In this document: one piece after another, positions 25,141 to 36,346 of the stretch
Layout: each line of letters opens with the position of its first letter
How positions within the stretch are numbered: the first letter of the stretch is position 1
DNA from: Gammaproteobacteria bacterium
Lineage (GTDB): Bacteria; Pseudomonadota; Gammaproteobacteria; Eutrophobiales; Eutrophobiaceae
Reading direction: 5' to 3'
Assembly: GCA_965202915.1 (NCBI GenBank)
Contig: OZ241847.1
Coordinates: forward strand, 2,194,242 to 2,258,241
Length of the DNA stretch: 64,000 nucleotides
The notes under the pieces: model-generated
Told to the model about the DNA's origin: nothing
Seen by the model: the letters and a program-made list of their open reading frames with translations, nothing else
Database searches by the model: none
Made by a program: the position numbers and the translations under genes

Positions 25141-28020
25141 ATGGATAGTATTAGAATACGCGGGGCACGCACCCATAACCTGAATAATGTTGACCTGGAT
25201 ATTCCCAGGGACCGGCTCATCGTGATCACCGGGATCTCCGGATCAGGCAAATCATCGCTTGCATTTGATACCATCTATGCGGACGGGCAACGGCGTTACG
25301 TTGAATCGCTGTCGGCCTACGCGCGCCAGTTTCTATCGGTGATGGAAAAACCCGACGTCGATCATATAGAGGGTCTTTCACCGGCAATTTCCATCGAACA
25401 AAAATCAACCTCACATAACCCCCGTTCCACGGTCGGCACGATCACCGAAATCTATGATTATCTGCGCTTACTGTTTGCAAGAGTGGGTGAACCGCACTGC
25501 CCCACGCATCGGACGCCGCTGGCCGCGCAAACCGTCGGTCAGATGGTGGATCAAGTGATGACGCGTGAACAGGGGGAAAGATTAATGCTGCTTGCTCCGG
25601 TGGTACAGGATCGCAAGGGCGAACACGTGCAATTGATAGAACGACTCAGGATAGATGGTTTTTTGCGGGCGCGGGTGGACGGGCAAATCATTGAACTGGA
25701 CAACGTGCCCGCTCTCGATCTTTATAAAAAACACACAATAGAAGTGGTGGTCGATAGATTCAAGATTAAACCCACGCCGGAAATGCAACTCAGATTGAGC
25801 GAGTCCTTTGAAACCGCACTGAAATTATCCGAAGGTACGGCAAAGATCGTTGCAATGGATAATGAATGCGATGAACAACTGTTTTCTTCATTGTTTGCCT
25901 GTAATCAATGCGGTTATAGCCTGAACGAGCTTGAACCAAGATCATTTTCCTTCAATAATCCGGCCGGTGCCTGTGACGGCTGTGACGGCCTTGGGATAAT
26001 AGAGTTTGTCGACCCGGATCGAGTCGTGCGGGACCCTGATCTGAGCCTGCCCGGCGGCGCGATAAAGGGTTGGGACAGACGCAACGCCTATTATTACCAA
26101 ATGCTAAAGTCTCTCGCTCAGCATTATAAGTTTGAGCTTGACGCGCCGTTTAACCGTTTATCAAAAGAGATACAAAACGTGATTCTTTACGGCAGTGGAA
26201 CCGCCGAGATTGAATTCCAATATCTGCACGACGGCGGTACTCCCCTTGTTCAACGCCATACTTTTGAAGGCGTGTTGCCGAATATGCAACGACGCTTGCG
26301 GGAAACGGAATCAATTACGATGCGGGAAGAGCTGTCCAAATACCAGACCAGCACAAGCTGTTCAAAATGTGACGGCACCCGGCTGAACCAAGCCGCTCGC
26401 CACGTGTTTATAGAGACCATGGCCTTGCCGAATATCACCGCGATGACCATCGTCAAGGCGCAATCTTTTTTTGCGTCATTGCACTTGCAGGGAAGTCGCG
26501 GTGAAATTGCCGCCAAGATACTCAAGGAAGTGAACGACCGTTTGCGTTTCCTGGTCAACGTCGGGCTGGATTATTTGACGCTTAACCGCAGTGCCGAAAC
26601 ACTTTCCGGCGGAGAGGCGCAGCGAATACGCCTGGCCAGCCAGATCGGTGCCGGACTGGTCGGGGTAATGTACGTACTGGATGAACCTTCCATCGGATTG
26701 CATCAGCGTGATAACCGGCGACTGTTATCCACCCTGTTCGATTTACGTGATTTGGGAAATACCGTGATCGTCGTTGAACACGACGAGGAGGCGATCAATG
26801 CCGCGGATCACGTCATCGACATCGGTCCGGGCGCCGGTATTCATGGAGGCTGCATTGTCGCCGAGGGCAAACCTGAGGAGATCGCCGCCGATCCAAATTC
26901 GCTGACCGGACAATACTTGTCCGGCGTGAAAGAAATTGCAACACCCAGGCGACGCACGACCTATGACAAGACGCGCACCCTAAAACTGACGGGCGCAAGC
27001 GGTAATAATCTGAACTCGGTGAATTTGGCAATACCAATAGGGCTTATGACTTGTGTAACGGGTGTATCCGGATCGGGGAAATCGACACTGGTCAACGACA
27101 CGCTGTATAAAATCGCGTCACATAAATTGAATTGCGCCAATACTGAGCCGGCCCCATATCAATCCATCTGCGGTCTGGAACATTTTGACAAAGTCATCGA
27201 TATCAATCAGAGTCCAATAGGACGCACGCCGCGCTCTAATCCGGCCACCTACACCGGTGTATTTACACCGATACGGGAGTTGTACGCGGCCACTCAGGAG
27301 GCGCGTTCACGCGGCTATAAGCCGGGACGCTTCAGTTTTAATGTAAAAGGCGGTCGTTGCGAAGCCTGTCAGGGAGACGGTTTGATCAAGGTGGAAATGC
27401 ACTTCCTGCCGGACATATACGTCCCCTGCGACGTTTGCAAAGGCAGGCGCTATAACCGTGAAACTCTGGATATTCGCTACAAGGGCGTCAATATCCGCGA
27501 AACGCTTGAAATGACCATAGAAGAGGCCCGCGAGTTATTCGACGCGGTGCCGGTGATTGCCCGTAAGCTGCAAACCCTGATGGACGTTGGGCTTAGCTAT
27601 ATCCAGTTGGGTCAAAATGCGACGACTTTATCCGGTGGCGAGGCACAACGGATAAAATTATCCAAAGAACTGTCCAAGCGAGACACGGGTAAAACGCTTT
27701 ATATTCTGGATGAGCCGACAACCGGCCTGCATTTTCATGATATTCGACAACTTTTGGCCGTACTACGGCGCTTGCGGGACCACGGTAATACGATTGTGAT
27801 CATTGAGCATAACCTGGACGTGATCAAAACCGCCGATTGGATTGTCGATATGGGACCGGAAGGCGGTGACGGCGGTGGCAACATTATTGCCAAAGGCACG
27901 CCTGAGAAGATTGCACAGGCAAAAAAATCCTATACCGGGCAATTTCTCAAGAGATTATTTGCTCGCGCGACGCGGCAAAAACGCGCCGGTCGGCAAAAAA
28001 CTCTCGATAAAGTGGGTTGA
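25141..28020 (+). CDS. uvrA: Excinuclease ABC subunit A
   Basis: 959-aa ORF. It has two ABC modules ([14 protein letters not shown]; [14 protein letters not shown]; LSGGEAQR x2) and zinc-finger Cys clusters (CNQCGYS...CDGCDG; CEACQGDG...CDVCKG). Confidence 0.97.
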   Translation: MDSIRIRGARTHNLNNVDLDIPRDRLIVITGISGSGKSSLAFDTIYADGQRRYVESLSAYARQFLSVMEKPDVDHIEGLSPAISIEQKSTSHNPRSTVGTITEIYDYLRLLFARVGEPHCPTHRTPLAAQTVGQMVDQVMTREQGERLMLLAPVVQDRKGEHVQLIERLRIDGFLRARVDGQIIELDNVPALDLYKKHTIEVVVDRFKIKPTPEMQLRLSESFETALKLSEGTAKIVAMDNECDEQLFSSLFACNQCGYSLNELEPRSFSFNNPAGACDGCDGLGIIEFVDPDRVVRDPDLSLPGGAIKGWDRRNAYYYQMLKSLAQHYKFELDAPFNRLSKEIQNVILYGSGTAEIEFQYLHDGGTPLVQRHTFEGVLPNMQRRLRETESITMREELSKYQTSTSCSKCDGTRLNQAARHVFIETMALPNITAMTIVKAQSFFASLHLQGSRGEIAAKILKEVNDRLRFLVNVGLDYLTLNRSAETLSGGEAQRIRLASQIGAGLVGVMYVLDEPSIGLHQRDNRRLLSTLFDLRDLGNTVIVVEHDEEAINAADHVIDIGPGAGIHGGCIVAEGKPEEIAADPNSLTGQYLSGVKEIATPRRRTTYDKTRTLKLTGASGNNLNSVNLAIPIGLMTCVTGVSGSGKSTLVNDTLYKIASHKLNCANTEPAPYQSICGLEHFDKVIDINQSPIGRTPRSNPATYTGVFTPIRELYAATQEARSRGYKPGRFSFNVKGGRCEACQGDGLIKVEMHFLPDIYVPCDVCKGRRYNRETLDIRYKGVNIRETLEMTIEEARELFDAVPVIARKLQTLMDVGLSYIQLGQNATTLSGGEAQRIKLSKELSKRDTGKTLYILDEPTTGLHFHDIRQLLAVLRRLRDHGNTIVIIEHNLDVIKTADWIVDMGPEGGDGGGNIIAKGTPEKIAQAKKSYTGQFLKRLFARATRQKRAGRQKTLDKVG

Positions 28021-28082
28021 TACCTTTTCAAACTGAGCGCATTTCATTTATCATGAATACAACAACCCATTAAATATATGAT

Positions 28083-29018
28083 ATGAAAGCGCTTATTTGT
28101 GGCTCAGTTGCCTACGATAATATTATGGTCTTTCCGGACTATTTTAAAAACCATATTTTGCCCGATAAGGTACACATGCTTAATGTGTCATTCATGGTGC
28201 CGAGTCTGAGGCGCGAGTTCGGCGGCTGCGCGGGAAACATCGCCTATAATCTAAATCTGCTCATGGATGATATTGCCGTGCCCATGGGAACGGTGGGTAA
28301 AGATTTCCAACCTTATGCAAACTGGATGGATAAAAATAAGATAAATCGGCAATGCGTCAGAGTCATTGATACCGTTTTTACCGCGCAGGCCTACATTACC
28401 ACCGATTTGGATGATAATCAGATCACCGCTTTTCACTCCGGGGCGATGGAATTTGCGCATCACAACAAAATTGTGAACAAAGACGATATAGCCATCGGCG
28501 TGATTGCGCCCGATGGCCGTGAAGGCATGCTTCAGCACGCCGCACGGTTTCATGATCTGGGCATTCCTTTTATCTTCGACCCGGGACAGGGCATGCCTAT
28601 GTTTGGCGGAGAAGAATTAAAGGATTTTATCCATCAGGCGGATTGGATCACGGTCAATGATTATGAATGGCAGCTCATGCAAAAGTACACCGGATATAAC
28701 GCCGAGGAGGTTGCCGAACAGGTGCGGGCACTGGTTGTGACCCTGGGCGGTCAGGGATCGATAATTTACGCGGCGGGCAAAGAGTATAAAATACCGGCGG
28801 TACAAGTTGATCACTTACAGGATCCAACCGGTTGCGGCGATGCTTTTCGCGCCGGCCTGATGTACGGCTTATTAAAAGATATGGATTGGGAAACCATGGG
28901 GCGCGTTGCATCGTTAATGGGCGCCATCAAGATTGCATCACACGGCAATCAGAATCATTCATTCACGTTCGACGAGTTTCAAGCAAAATTCAAAGAAAGC
29001 TTTAACCGAACAATATAA
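28083..29018 (+). CDS. PfkB-family carbohydrate/nucleoside kinase
   Basis: 311-aa ORF with GGCAGNIAYNL near the N-terminus and the PfkB signature DPTGCGDAFRAG near the C-terminus. Confidence 0.85.
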   Translation: MKALICGSVAYDNIMVFPDYFKNHILPDKVHMLNVSFMVPSLRREFGGCAGNIAYNLNLLMDDIAVPMGTVGKDFQPYANWMDKNKINRQCVRVIDTVFTAQAYITTDLDDNQITAFHSGAMEFAHHNKIVNKDDIAIGVIAPDGREGMLQHAARFHDLGIPFIFDPGQGMPMFGGEELKDFIHQADWITVNDYEWQLMQKYTGYNAEEVAEQVRALVVTLGGQGSIIYAAGKEYKIPAVQVDHLQDPTGCGDAFRAGLMYGLLKDMDWETMGRVASLMGAIKIASHGNQNHSFTFDEFQAKFKESFNRTI

Positions 29019-29021
29019 AAA

Positions 29022-31367
29022 TCATCCACCGATTGCGTCGCGGCGGCCGGCGCGTTTGCCGATCAATAGCGACGCAATTGCCGGCAAAATCAAAATTGCA
29101 CCCGCCATGCTGACAAGTAACATGAAGCTAAGAAGAACGCCCATGTCGGCCTGGAATTTTAACGGAGAATACAACCAGGTTATCACCCCGGTGGCCAGCG
29201 TTACGCCGGTAAAGATGACACCGAAACCACTGGTTTGCAAAGCGATAAAATACGCCTGGCGTATGCTCGCGCCCCGCTTCAAGGAGTCGGATATTTGGCT
29301 GTATATGTAAATCCCGTAATCGACACCGATGCCTATGCCCAATGCAACCACCGGCAGGGTGTTCACCTTCAAACCGATTGCAAGATAACTCATCAGGGCA
29401 TAGCTAAGTAAAGACACAAGTACCAGGGGTAATACGATGCACAGCATCCCGCTGATGGATCGAAATTGTATTAAACAGAGCAATATGATTGCGGCAAAAA
29501 CATAAAGTAAAATTGGAAATTGTGCCGCCCTGACCTCCTGGTTAGTGGCCGCCATTACACCGACGTTGCCGGTCGCGAGTCTGAAATTGACCAAATCGGT
29601 TTGATTTTCGGTCTTAAATTGTTCCACGCCGTCTATTACCGCGTCAATCGTTTCGGCCTTGTGGTCCTGGGTGAATATATGCACCGGCATGGCACTGCAA
29701 TCAGTGTTCAACAATCCGGAAGAGGTCGGCACGTGGGAAACGGCACGGGTCAGGGACGACCGGTTCCTGGGCAATACTCGCCACTTCATATCGCCTTCAT
29801 TCCATCCGGCGTTTATTCTTTTGGCAATTAACGGCAGCCCGACCACGGATTGAACTCCGGGCGTGTTTTGCATGTGCCATGCAAACCGATCGATCAAATC
29901 CATGACGTGATAATCGATACAACCTTCACTCTTTGTTTCGGCGATTATCGAAATCACGTCGACACCGATTGAAAATCGTTTTGTGATCGCGTCGGTGTCG
30001 ACGTTATAGCGCGCCTCTTCATGCAATTCCGGAACGCCGCGATGCAAGTCGCCTATCTTCACATCCGTCCCCTTTACAAACCCGAAAATGCCCAGCAATA
30101 CCGAAACTGCAATAATCGATTGCGCGTAAGGATAAGCGGTCAGGCCGGACGTCTTCCACCATAAAGCTCGCAGAGCATCGGCCCGGCGTTGTAATTTTTC
30201 ACCATAAGACGCGTCAAACTTGATAAATGAAATCAGCACCGGCAGTAAAAATAGGTTGGTAAAAATGATCACGGCCACGCCTATGCTTGCGGTGATCGCC
30301 ATTTCCCGGATGATATCGATCTCGATGAACGAGATGCTTATAAAACCGATCGCGTCACTGATAAGCGCAATCGAGCCGGCAATGAATAATTTTCTAAAAC
30401 TTTTTTTGGCCGCGTTCAAACTATCGGCGCCCCGATAAATTTCAGCGCCCGCGGCGCCAATCATCTGCACGCCGTGGCTGACCCCGATGGCAAAGATTAA
30501 AAAGGGCAGAAGTATCGACATCGGGTCGATTCCAAATCCGAACAGGGACAGCACGCCCAGTTGCCAGATCACCGCAACCAGTGAACAGACCAATGGCACG
30601 ACCGCCATTTTGATCGATTGCGCATAATAAATGACCAGCAACGCGGTGATCAGAAACGCAATCGCAAAAAACGCAACCACCCGCTTGACGCCTTTGCTAA
30701 TTTCGTTAATTACCATCGCAAAGCCTGTGATATGGTAATCGATATTTGTTGCCGCATATTTTGTCCTGATATTTTCTTGCAATTGTTCGGCAACGCGGAC
30801 GTAATCAAGCCGTTCGCCGGTTCTTGGATCAATCTCCAGCAGTTGTGCGCTGATTAACGCCCCTGAAAAATCATTCGCCACCAGCCGACCCAACAGGCCC
30901 GCCTTGATGATGTTTTCCCGTACCCGCTTGAACCCTTCATCGGTCGCCGCAAAATTATCAGGAATAACGTTGCCGCCGGCAATGCCCTCCTCGACCACCT
31001 CGATAAAACGCACGTTAGGGGTAAAAAGTGATCTAATTTGGGCGCGATCGACACCGGCAATAAAAAATACTTCGTCGGTCACCTTATTCAAGGTATTAAA
31101 GAATTCGGGAGTAAATATATCCCCCTCTTTCGCCACCAGGGCAACCAGAATTCGGTTTGCCGCGCCAAACTCATTCTGATATTGGATGAAGGTTTGCATG
31201 TATTCATGTTTGAGCGGCAGTAATTTGTCAAAACCGGCGTCCATTTTAAGGTGGCTGGCCGACCAAAGCATGAATGCGCTTATGAGCAGGAATATGCCGA
31301 TCACCACCGCACGGTTGGCAAATAAAAACCATTCGAGGCAGGCAAGCGGGGCCGATTGCCGCATCAT
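29022..31367 (-). CDS. RND-superfamily (MMPL/HpnN-like) transporter
   Basis: 781-aa ORF with two blocks of ~6 TM helices separated by large soluble loops. It overlaps the upstream gene by 4 nt. Confidence 0.8.
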   Translation of the reverse strand: MMRQSAPLACLEWFLFANRAVVIGIFLLISAFMLWSASHLKMDAGFDKLLPLKHEYMQTFIQYQNEFGAANRILVALVAKEGDIFTPEFFNTLNKVTDEVFFIAGVDRAQIRSLFTPNVRFIEVVEEGIAGGNVIPDNFAATDEGFKRVRENIIKAGLLGRLVANDFSGALISAQLLEIDPRTGERLDYVRVAEQLQENIRTKYAATNIDYHITGFAMVINEISKGVKRVVAFFAIAFLITALLVIYYAQSIKMAVVPLVCSLVAVIWQLGVLSLFGFGIDPMSILLPFLIFAIGVSHGVQMIGAAGAEIYRGADSLNAAKKSFRKLFIAGSIALISDAIGFISISFIEIDIIREMAITASIGVAVIIFTNLFLLPVLISFIKFDASYGEKLQRRADALRALWWKTSGLTAYPYAQSIIAVSVLLGIFGFVKGTDVKIGDLHRGVPELHEEARYNVDTDAITKRFSIGVDVISIIAETKSEGCIDYHVMDLIDRFAWHMQNTPGVQSVVGLPLIAKRINAGWNEGDMKWRVLPRNRSSLTRAVSHVPTSSGLLNTDCSAMPVHIFTQDHKAETIDAVIDGVEQFKTENQTDLVNFRLATGNVGVMAATNQEVRAAQFPILLYVFAAIILLCLIQFRSISGMLCIVLPLVLVSLLSYALMSYLAIGLKVNTLPVVALGIGIGVDYGIYIYSQISDSLKRGASIRQAYFIALQTSGFGVIFTGVTLATGVITWLYSPLKFQADMGVLLSFMLLVSMAGAILILPAIASLLIGKRAGRRDAIGG

Positions 31368-32431
31368 CGATTGTTTTGGAAAACGTCACGCCGCGTCAAG
31401 CGTTTAATGCCAAATTCACCGACCAACACCAGCCCGTCATCAGCGACCGTACTGATTGCCGCAATCCCCTGTCGTTGCTCCAGGGAGCGGGACTGGAACG
31501 TTGCCCCATTATCGCGACTGAGCAGATACCGGCCTCCGGTCGCGGAGATAACGATGCCGTCGGCCAATCCAAGCCCTGCAGTTAACCTTTCCGTGGTATT
31601 AATATCGATTTTATTCCAGTTAACGCCGGCATCGGTCGATCTGTACAGATGGCCGCGCAGACCGAACACCAAAAGAGTATCGGCTCGTGCCGGCAAGACG
31701 CCAAAAAAAGAGCCGTCATAGGGGGACGAGATCGCCGACCAGGTCGCACCCTGGTCGAAAGATTGAAAAATATTGCCCGCTTCCGCGGCAATATATAACA
31801 CTCCTTCGTCAGACCCGGCAATATCATGCAAATGAAAATCAAAGAAGTCTTCAGCGGCGCCATCGGTGCCGAGCAGGTCGGCAAAGGCCAATTGCCGCCA
31901 ACTGGAACCGCCGTCTTGCGTCAGCAGATATAAACCATATGCACCGATCGCAATGCCATGATTTGCATCGAAAAACCAAAGATCGAGTAATGGGGCGTCC
32001 AATTCAATGTTAGAGTGGACTTTGGTCCAATTTTTGGCGCCGTCCTCGGTTTTCAGAATAATTGCATCATGACCGGCGGCCCAGCCGATGCTATCATCCA
32101 GCATAAAAACACTGGTCAGCGTTGCTCTGCTTGCAACCCTGGCCTGATGCCAATTTACACCGTCGGCCGAATAAAGAATATGGCCTCGTTCTCCGACCAC
32201 CACGACCAACGACTTGGAGGATGCCGCCGACAGCAATAAGGATTGTTTTGCCAGCGGCGCAATAGTGGCGTATTCATCGTTTGCCAGGACAATCCCGGCT
32301 CCGAGGAATAAAAATAATAAGGGCATTGAAGAAACAAAACCGGAGGGCTTCGGCGCGTGATGAAACATTGAACCGCCATCATTAAAAAACCTGTTCATTG
32401 CCGCCACCGGAGCTGATTTTCCAGTCGGCAA
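31364..32431 (-). CDS. BNR/Asp-box repeat beta-propeller protein (Ycf48-like)
   Basis: Six S/T-x-D-G-x-x-W-type repeats are present: SADGVNWHQ, TEDGAKNWTK, TQDGGSSWRQ, SFDQGATWSA, STDAGVNWNK and SRDNGATFQS. There is an N-terminal hydrophobic signal/anchor. The exact start is uncertain. Confidence 0.75.
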   Translation of the reverse strand: MPTGKSAPVAAMNRFFNDGGSMFHHAPKPSGFVSSMPLLFLFLGAGIVLANDEYATIAPLAKQSLLLSAASSKSLVVVVGERGHILYSADGVNWHQARVASRATLTSVFMLDDSIGWAAGHDAIILKTEDGAKNWTKVHSNIELDAPLLDLWFFDANHGIAIGAYGLYLLTQDGGSSWRQLAFADLLGTDGAAEDFFDFHLHDIAGSDEGVLYIAAEAGNIFQSFDQGATWSAISSPYDGSFFGVLPARADTLLVFGLRGHLYRSTDAGVNWNKIDINTTERLTAGLGLADGIVISATGGRYLLSRDNGATFQSRSLEQRQGIAAISTVADDGLVLVGEFGIKRLTRRDVFQNNR

Positions 32432-32439
32432 GCGGTCAT

Positions 32440-33792
32440 TTATCGGCGTCCCCGCCTGCGCAACGCGCCCGGCGTAAATTCCCAGTTGGAAAAATTCACA
32501 TTGAAGTTAAGCGGCATACTCTCATTATTCAGTCCTATGGCCAGATATCGGCCAACCTGCAGATCGGTATGCACTTCCAGCGTGGTCCATACACTTTGGA
32601 CGTCATAATAATTCATCGCAAAGCCCTCGGAGACCCGCCACAGCTGATCACGATTGTCATAATGATCGACTATCAGGATCTGCCATGAATCTTCATCGAC
32701 ATAAAATACTCTGCGTTTATAGATATGGCGCACACCCGGTTTCAACGTCGCCCGCACCACCCACACTCGGTGCAATTCATAGCGAGGATAACTCTGATTA
32801 ATATGCAACGGGGTCAAAATATCACCGTATTTAAGTGATGGGGAATGCAATTTGTAGCTGTTGTACGGCACGTAGATTTCCTTTTTACCCTCCAGGCTCC
32901 AGTCGTAACGTTCGGGACTGCCGTTGAACATGTCCAGTTGGTCATTGGTGCGCATACCATCCGATGCCGTACCCGGATTATCAAACGCCAGGTTGGGTGC
33001 GCGTCTCACCCGCCGTTGACCGGGATTATAAAACCATGCTTTGCGATTTTCCGCCTTTTGATTCATGGTTTCATGAACCAATAATATACCACCCGCCAAA
33101 CGAGCCGGGGCTTTCACTTCCTGTTTGAAATATAAAATAATGTTATTCAGTTTATCCGGCGTCATATCCTCATGGCTGTATAACATGGCAAAATGATCAT
33201 GGAACTGAACCAGGGTATAATCACCTCCCCTTGTTGGTGTCGCCTGGGCAATATTTCGTTCGACATACTCTCCGCGCCAACGCAATATATGATTCCAGAT
33301 CACTTCCAGCCCGTTCGCGGGGATTGGAAATGGAATGCCCAGCACCGCGTTTTGTACGCCGTTACCATCCGCGGTCAGCCTCGCCGACGCGGCGATCCGT
33401 TTAGTCGCGTCGTAGATGTGCCTGGGTGCCGAGGCGCTGCGCCGAGTCGGGTATATATTCATCTTATAAGTGTCAGGATAGGTGCCAAGCAATGCCTTAT
33501 GCCCCGCACTTAATTTATCCGCGTGGTCATCGGCGTTATTTGCGGTTATGGTAAATTTCACGGCATCGCCGGCATACGGGTCCGTATAATGTTGGCCGGG
33601 TATATAAGCGGACGGTGGCGTAGTAATACCGCCCTCCCAGGCGGGAATGGTGGCATTCGCATTGGCCGCTTTATCGCCACCCAAAGGCGTGAGGTCATTG
33701 TCCAAACGTGCAATTTGATCCGCGGAGATTTCTGCGGATGCAGGCAATGATATTAACGGCAGAATCAGGAGGAAACTGTTTATCAATCTCAT
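32440..33792 (-). CDS. DUF1329-family periplasmic protein (LolA-like fold family)
   Basis: It has a signal peptide (MRLINSFLLILPLISLPASA). The family-typical N-terminal block DLTPLGGDKAANANATIPAWEGG follows. Confidence 0.7.
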   Translation of the reverse strand: MRLINSFLLILPLISLPASAEISADQIARLDNDLTPLGGDKAANANATIPAWEGGITTPPSAYIPGQHYTDPYAGDAVKFTITANNADDHADKLSAGHKALLGTYPDTYKMNIYPTRRSASAPRHIYDATKRIAASARLTADGNGVQNAVLGIPFPIPANGLEVIWNHILRWRGEYVERNIAQATPTRGGDYTLVQFHDHFAMLYSHEDMTPDKLNNIILYFKQEVKAPARLAGGILLVHETMNQKAENRKAWFYNPGQRRVRRAPNLAFDNPGTASDGMRTNDQLDMFNGSPERYDWSLEGKKEIYVPYNSYKLHSPSLKYGDILTPLHINQSYPRYELHRVWVVRATLKPGVRHIYKRRVFYVDEDSWQILIVDHYDNRDQLWRVSEGFAMNYYDVQSVWTTLEVHTDLQVGRYLAIGLNNESMPLNFNVNFSNWEFTPGALRRRGRR

Positions 33793-33811
33793 AATTTATT
33801 CTCCGCCGGAG

Positions 33812-35518
33812 TTAGAAGGAATATTTAACGTTAAAGGCAAAGAAATCACGGTCATGTATCAAATTTTGCCGGCCTGCGCCAAAGAAATTGGTATAGCTCA
33901 TATCGACCTCCCATTGATTCTGATAGATCGCGCGCAAACCCAAATTAAAGGATTTTCTGCCTTCAATAAAATTACCGCCTGGTCCGGGGCTGATTCCATG
34001 TATATCATGTTGCCAGCCAAAACGCGGTTGCAAATTGACCGCATTAAAAAGCGCATTATTATAATCAAGCCTGCCAACCAATCGATATCCGTACGCGGTT
34101 GCATCAGGAAAATTGGTCAATGGCTCAGACGCCGGCTGACCGAGCAAAACCACGGACGCGGTGGCGGGCACAAATGTATGAGGGGCTTCCAACCGGAATG
34201 TACGTTTAGCCGGTAGATTGTGGACATGGGTGATTGCAAATTCACCTAATAAAAAAGCGGAACTTGCCTTTAACGTCGGCCCGAATATTTTCGAAACAGT
34301 GAACTGAAATTGGCTGCTGTCTCGCAATATAAAACCGTCGAGGCGATTGCCCGCCGAAAATGAGCCCGCCGGTGTGATTTGGTTCGGAACACCCAGACCG
34401 GCGGCCAGCAATTCCTCAAGGTCAATTTGAAACGGCGCATCACGCCTGTAAGAATATTCACCCTGTATCGCTATGCCCGACTGACCAAGTTCATTATTAA
34501 AGCTGAAACCGAGCAGTTGTATATCCTCAGGATAACTAATGAAATACCGGGCATCAGTCAACCCACCCCGGCTGTTGCCGGAAATTGCATTTACGATCGG
34601 TAATTTGCTGTGATAATTAATGTAATAGAAGCCAAATTCGGTGGCATTAAGAATCGGGGTAAAGACTCTGATCGCCATACCATATTCTCCACCGTTGGCC
34701 GGTTCCCGGTCCGGGCCCCTGGCAAGATGGGATGCATCCATAAAGCTCCGATCGGTCCCCCTGCCAAAACCGGCGGCCACCGCAAAAACACCGCCCTTGC
34801 CAACAAAATCATTGGTGCTGAAATACGAACCCGGCGGATCAATAACGGTCTGTTCCCAATCATATTGATAAAAGGCCTCGACCGAAATATTTTCCGTTAT
34901 GGCCACATCACCCCAGATCATGCCGACCGGAATCAATGCCTCACGCACCTCCGCACCGGGCGTTCTCAATCTCGAGACGTCAACCGGATTGATGGTATTG
35001 ATACCGTTCTGAATGAAGGTGCTTTCTCCCCAACTCAACACCTGTTCACCGACCTTGATCGTACCCGGCACCTTGCCTATGGAAAAATCCAGCCACGCAA
35101 ACAAATCCCGTAAGACCAGGTTCGATTCTACAAGGCGTTTGGCGTCATTGCTCAGCGGGGTGCGATCAGTCTTATCAATCGAATGGTCGCCAAAACCACT
35201 GCCGCGAAAAAAGATCCCGGCATGGTTTTTATAAACAAGATCGAGCTCGGTGGTGAATTGTCCGGTTGCGGCGACTAATCCGGGGTCATAGTTCAAATTA
35301 CCATCATCGCCGTTGATGGAAAAGGCCGAACCGCCGTTGGCAACGCCCACCAGTTGTTTCGACCTGGATTGTACTCGGTATAGATGGCCGTAGGTTAAGA
35401 TGGTATCCCAACTACCACTAAACTCGTTAAATCTAAATGCAACGGCATTAACGGAAGCCGAATACTGCAACAAGATCAATACGGCAAACAGTCGCTTAAC
35501 CGGGCACAAATCAATCAT
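33812..35518 (-). CDS. DUF1302-family outer-membrane beta-barrel protein
   Basis: The start is placed at the internal ATG 35518, before the signal peptide (MIDLCPVKRLFAVLILLQYSASVNA). It shows alternating beta-strand patterning and a terminal ...FNVKYSF (C-terminal Phe). The ORF-track extension to 35854 overlaps the rimP promoter region. Confidence 0.7.
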   Translation of the reverse strand: MIDLCPVKRLFAVLILLQYSASVNAVAFRFNEFSGSWDTILTYGHLYRVQSRSKQLVGVANGGSAFSINGDDGNLNYDPGLVAATGQFTTELDLVYKNHAGIFFRGSGFGDHSIDKTDRTPLSNDAKRLVESNLVLRDLFAWLDFSIGKVPGTIKVGEQVLSWGESTFIQNGINTINPVDVSRLRTPGAEVREALIPVGMIWGDVAITENISVEAFYQYDWEQTVIDPPGSYFSTNDFVGKGGVFAVAAGFGRGTDRSFMDASHLARGPDREPANGGEYGMAIRVFTPILNATEFGFYYINYHSKLPIVNAISGNSRGGLTDARYFISYPEDIQLLGFSFNNELGQSGIAIQGEYSYRRDAPFQIDLEELLAAGLGVPNQITPAGSFSAGNRLDGFILRDSSQFQFTVSKIFGPTLKASSAFLLGEFAITHVHNLPAKRTFRLEAPHTFVPATASVVLLGQPASEPLTNFPDATAYGYRLVGRLDYNNALFNAVNLQPRFGWQHDIHGISPGPGGNFIEGRKSFNLGLRAIYQNQWEVDMSYTNFFGAGRQNLIHDRDFFAFNVKYSF

Positions 35519-35867
35519 TCCCTGGCCATACACTGATATCCCTCCAAAAATAACGCGTTTGCATGCACAAAAACCGATGTGATTTTTATCCTCAACGCAA
35601 TCCAAGCATACCCGGAAGCGGCGGCTGATTGCAAGGATGACGCGACTTATTAGCGTGCAGGCACAATCGCGGTGGCACATGGATTGCCCCGTATGGTTGT
35701 AGGCGGAGCTGACAGAAGCCGGCGGGACTAAGCCGATCAGCTCAGCGCACCGATTGCCACCGACAAATTGCCCAAAATTGGTATGGCAATTATTTATTAA
35801 AGCAGTTATAATAGTCTGGCATGATGTATTTTGGGAGTGGGCCTTAGCGCCCACTTTTTGGTTTTAT

Positions 35868-36323
35868 ATGTACAGGCAAAATCAGGCACTCATTAATCTG
35901 TTGGAGCCGGTGGTGAACGCACTCGGCTATAGGCTGTTAGGTATAGAATACCTGCCCGGAAGCAGGGGCGTACTATTGCGGTTTTATATAGATAACGATG
36001 CGGGCATCACCCTTAATGATTGTGCCAGGGTCAGCCAGCAGGTAACCGGCGTATTGGACGTCGAGAACCCGGTCCGGGACATATATGAGCTCGAGGTATC
36101 ATCACCGGGCCTGGATCGACCTTTGTTTACACTGGAGCAGATTAAGCAGTATGCGGGTCACATGGTAAGTCTAAAATTGTATGAAAAACTGCAGGGTCGC
36201 ATGCGTTTTCGAGGCAAGGTGAAAACGGTGCATAACGGTGCCGTTGTTATTTTGGCGGAAGATACTGAATATTTAATACCGGCTGGTATGATTAAAAAAG
36301 CCAGACTGGTACCTCGGATATAG
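35868..36323 (+). CDS. rimP: Ribosome maturation factor RimP
   Basis: MYRQNQALINLLEPVVNALGYRLLGIEY...YELEVSSPGLDRPL. It lies immediately upstream of nusA. Confidence 0.9.
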   Translation: MYRQNQALINLLEPVVNALGYRLLGIEYLPGSRGVLLRFYIDNDAGITLNDCARVSQQVTGVLDVENPVRDIYELEVSSPGLDRPLFTLEQIKQYAGHMVSLKLYEKLQGRMRFRGKVKTVHNGAVVILAEDTEYLIPAGMIKKARLVPRI

Positions 36324-36346
36324 TGATAGAACGGATGTTGAACGGT

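Noticed and set aside
23390-25274. N-terminal extensions in the ORF track for ssb (214 aa) and the MFS transporter (534 aa). Similar extensions exist for DUF1302 (680 aa), HIT (169 aa), rimP, dnaB and dsbB.
   Set aside because: Internal starts give N-termini matching family consensus or proper signal peptides. The extensions run into neighbouring promoters or genes.
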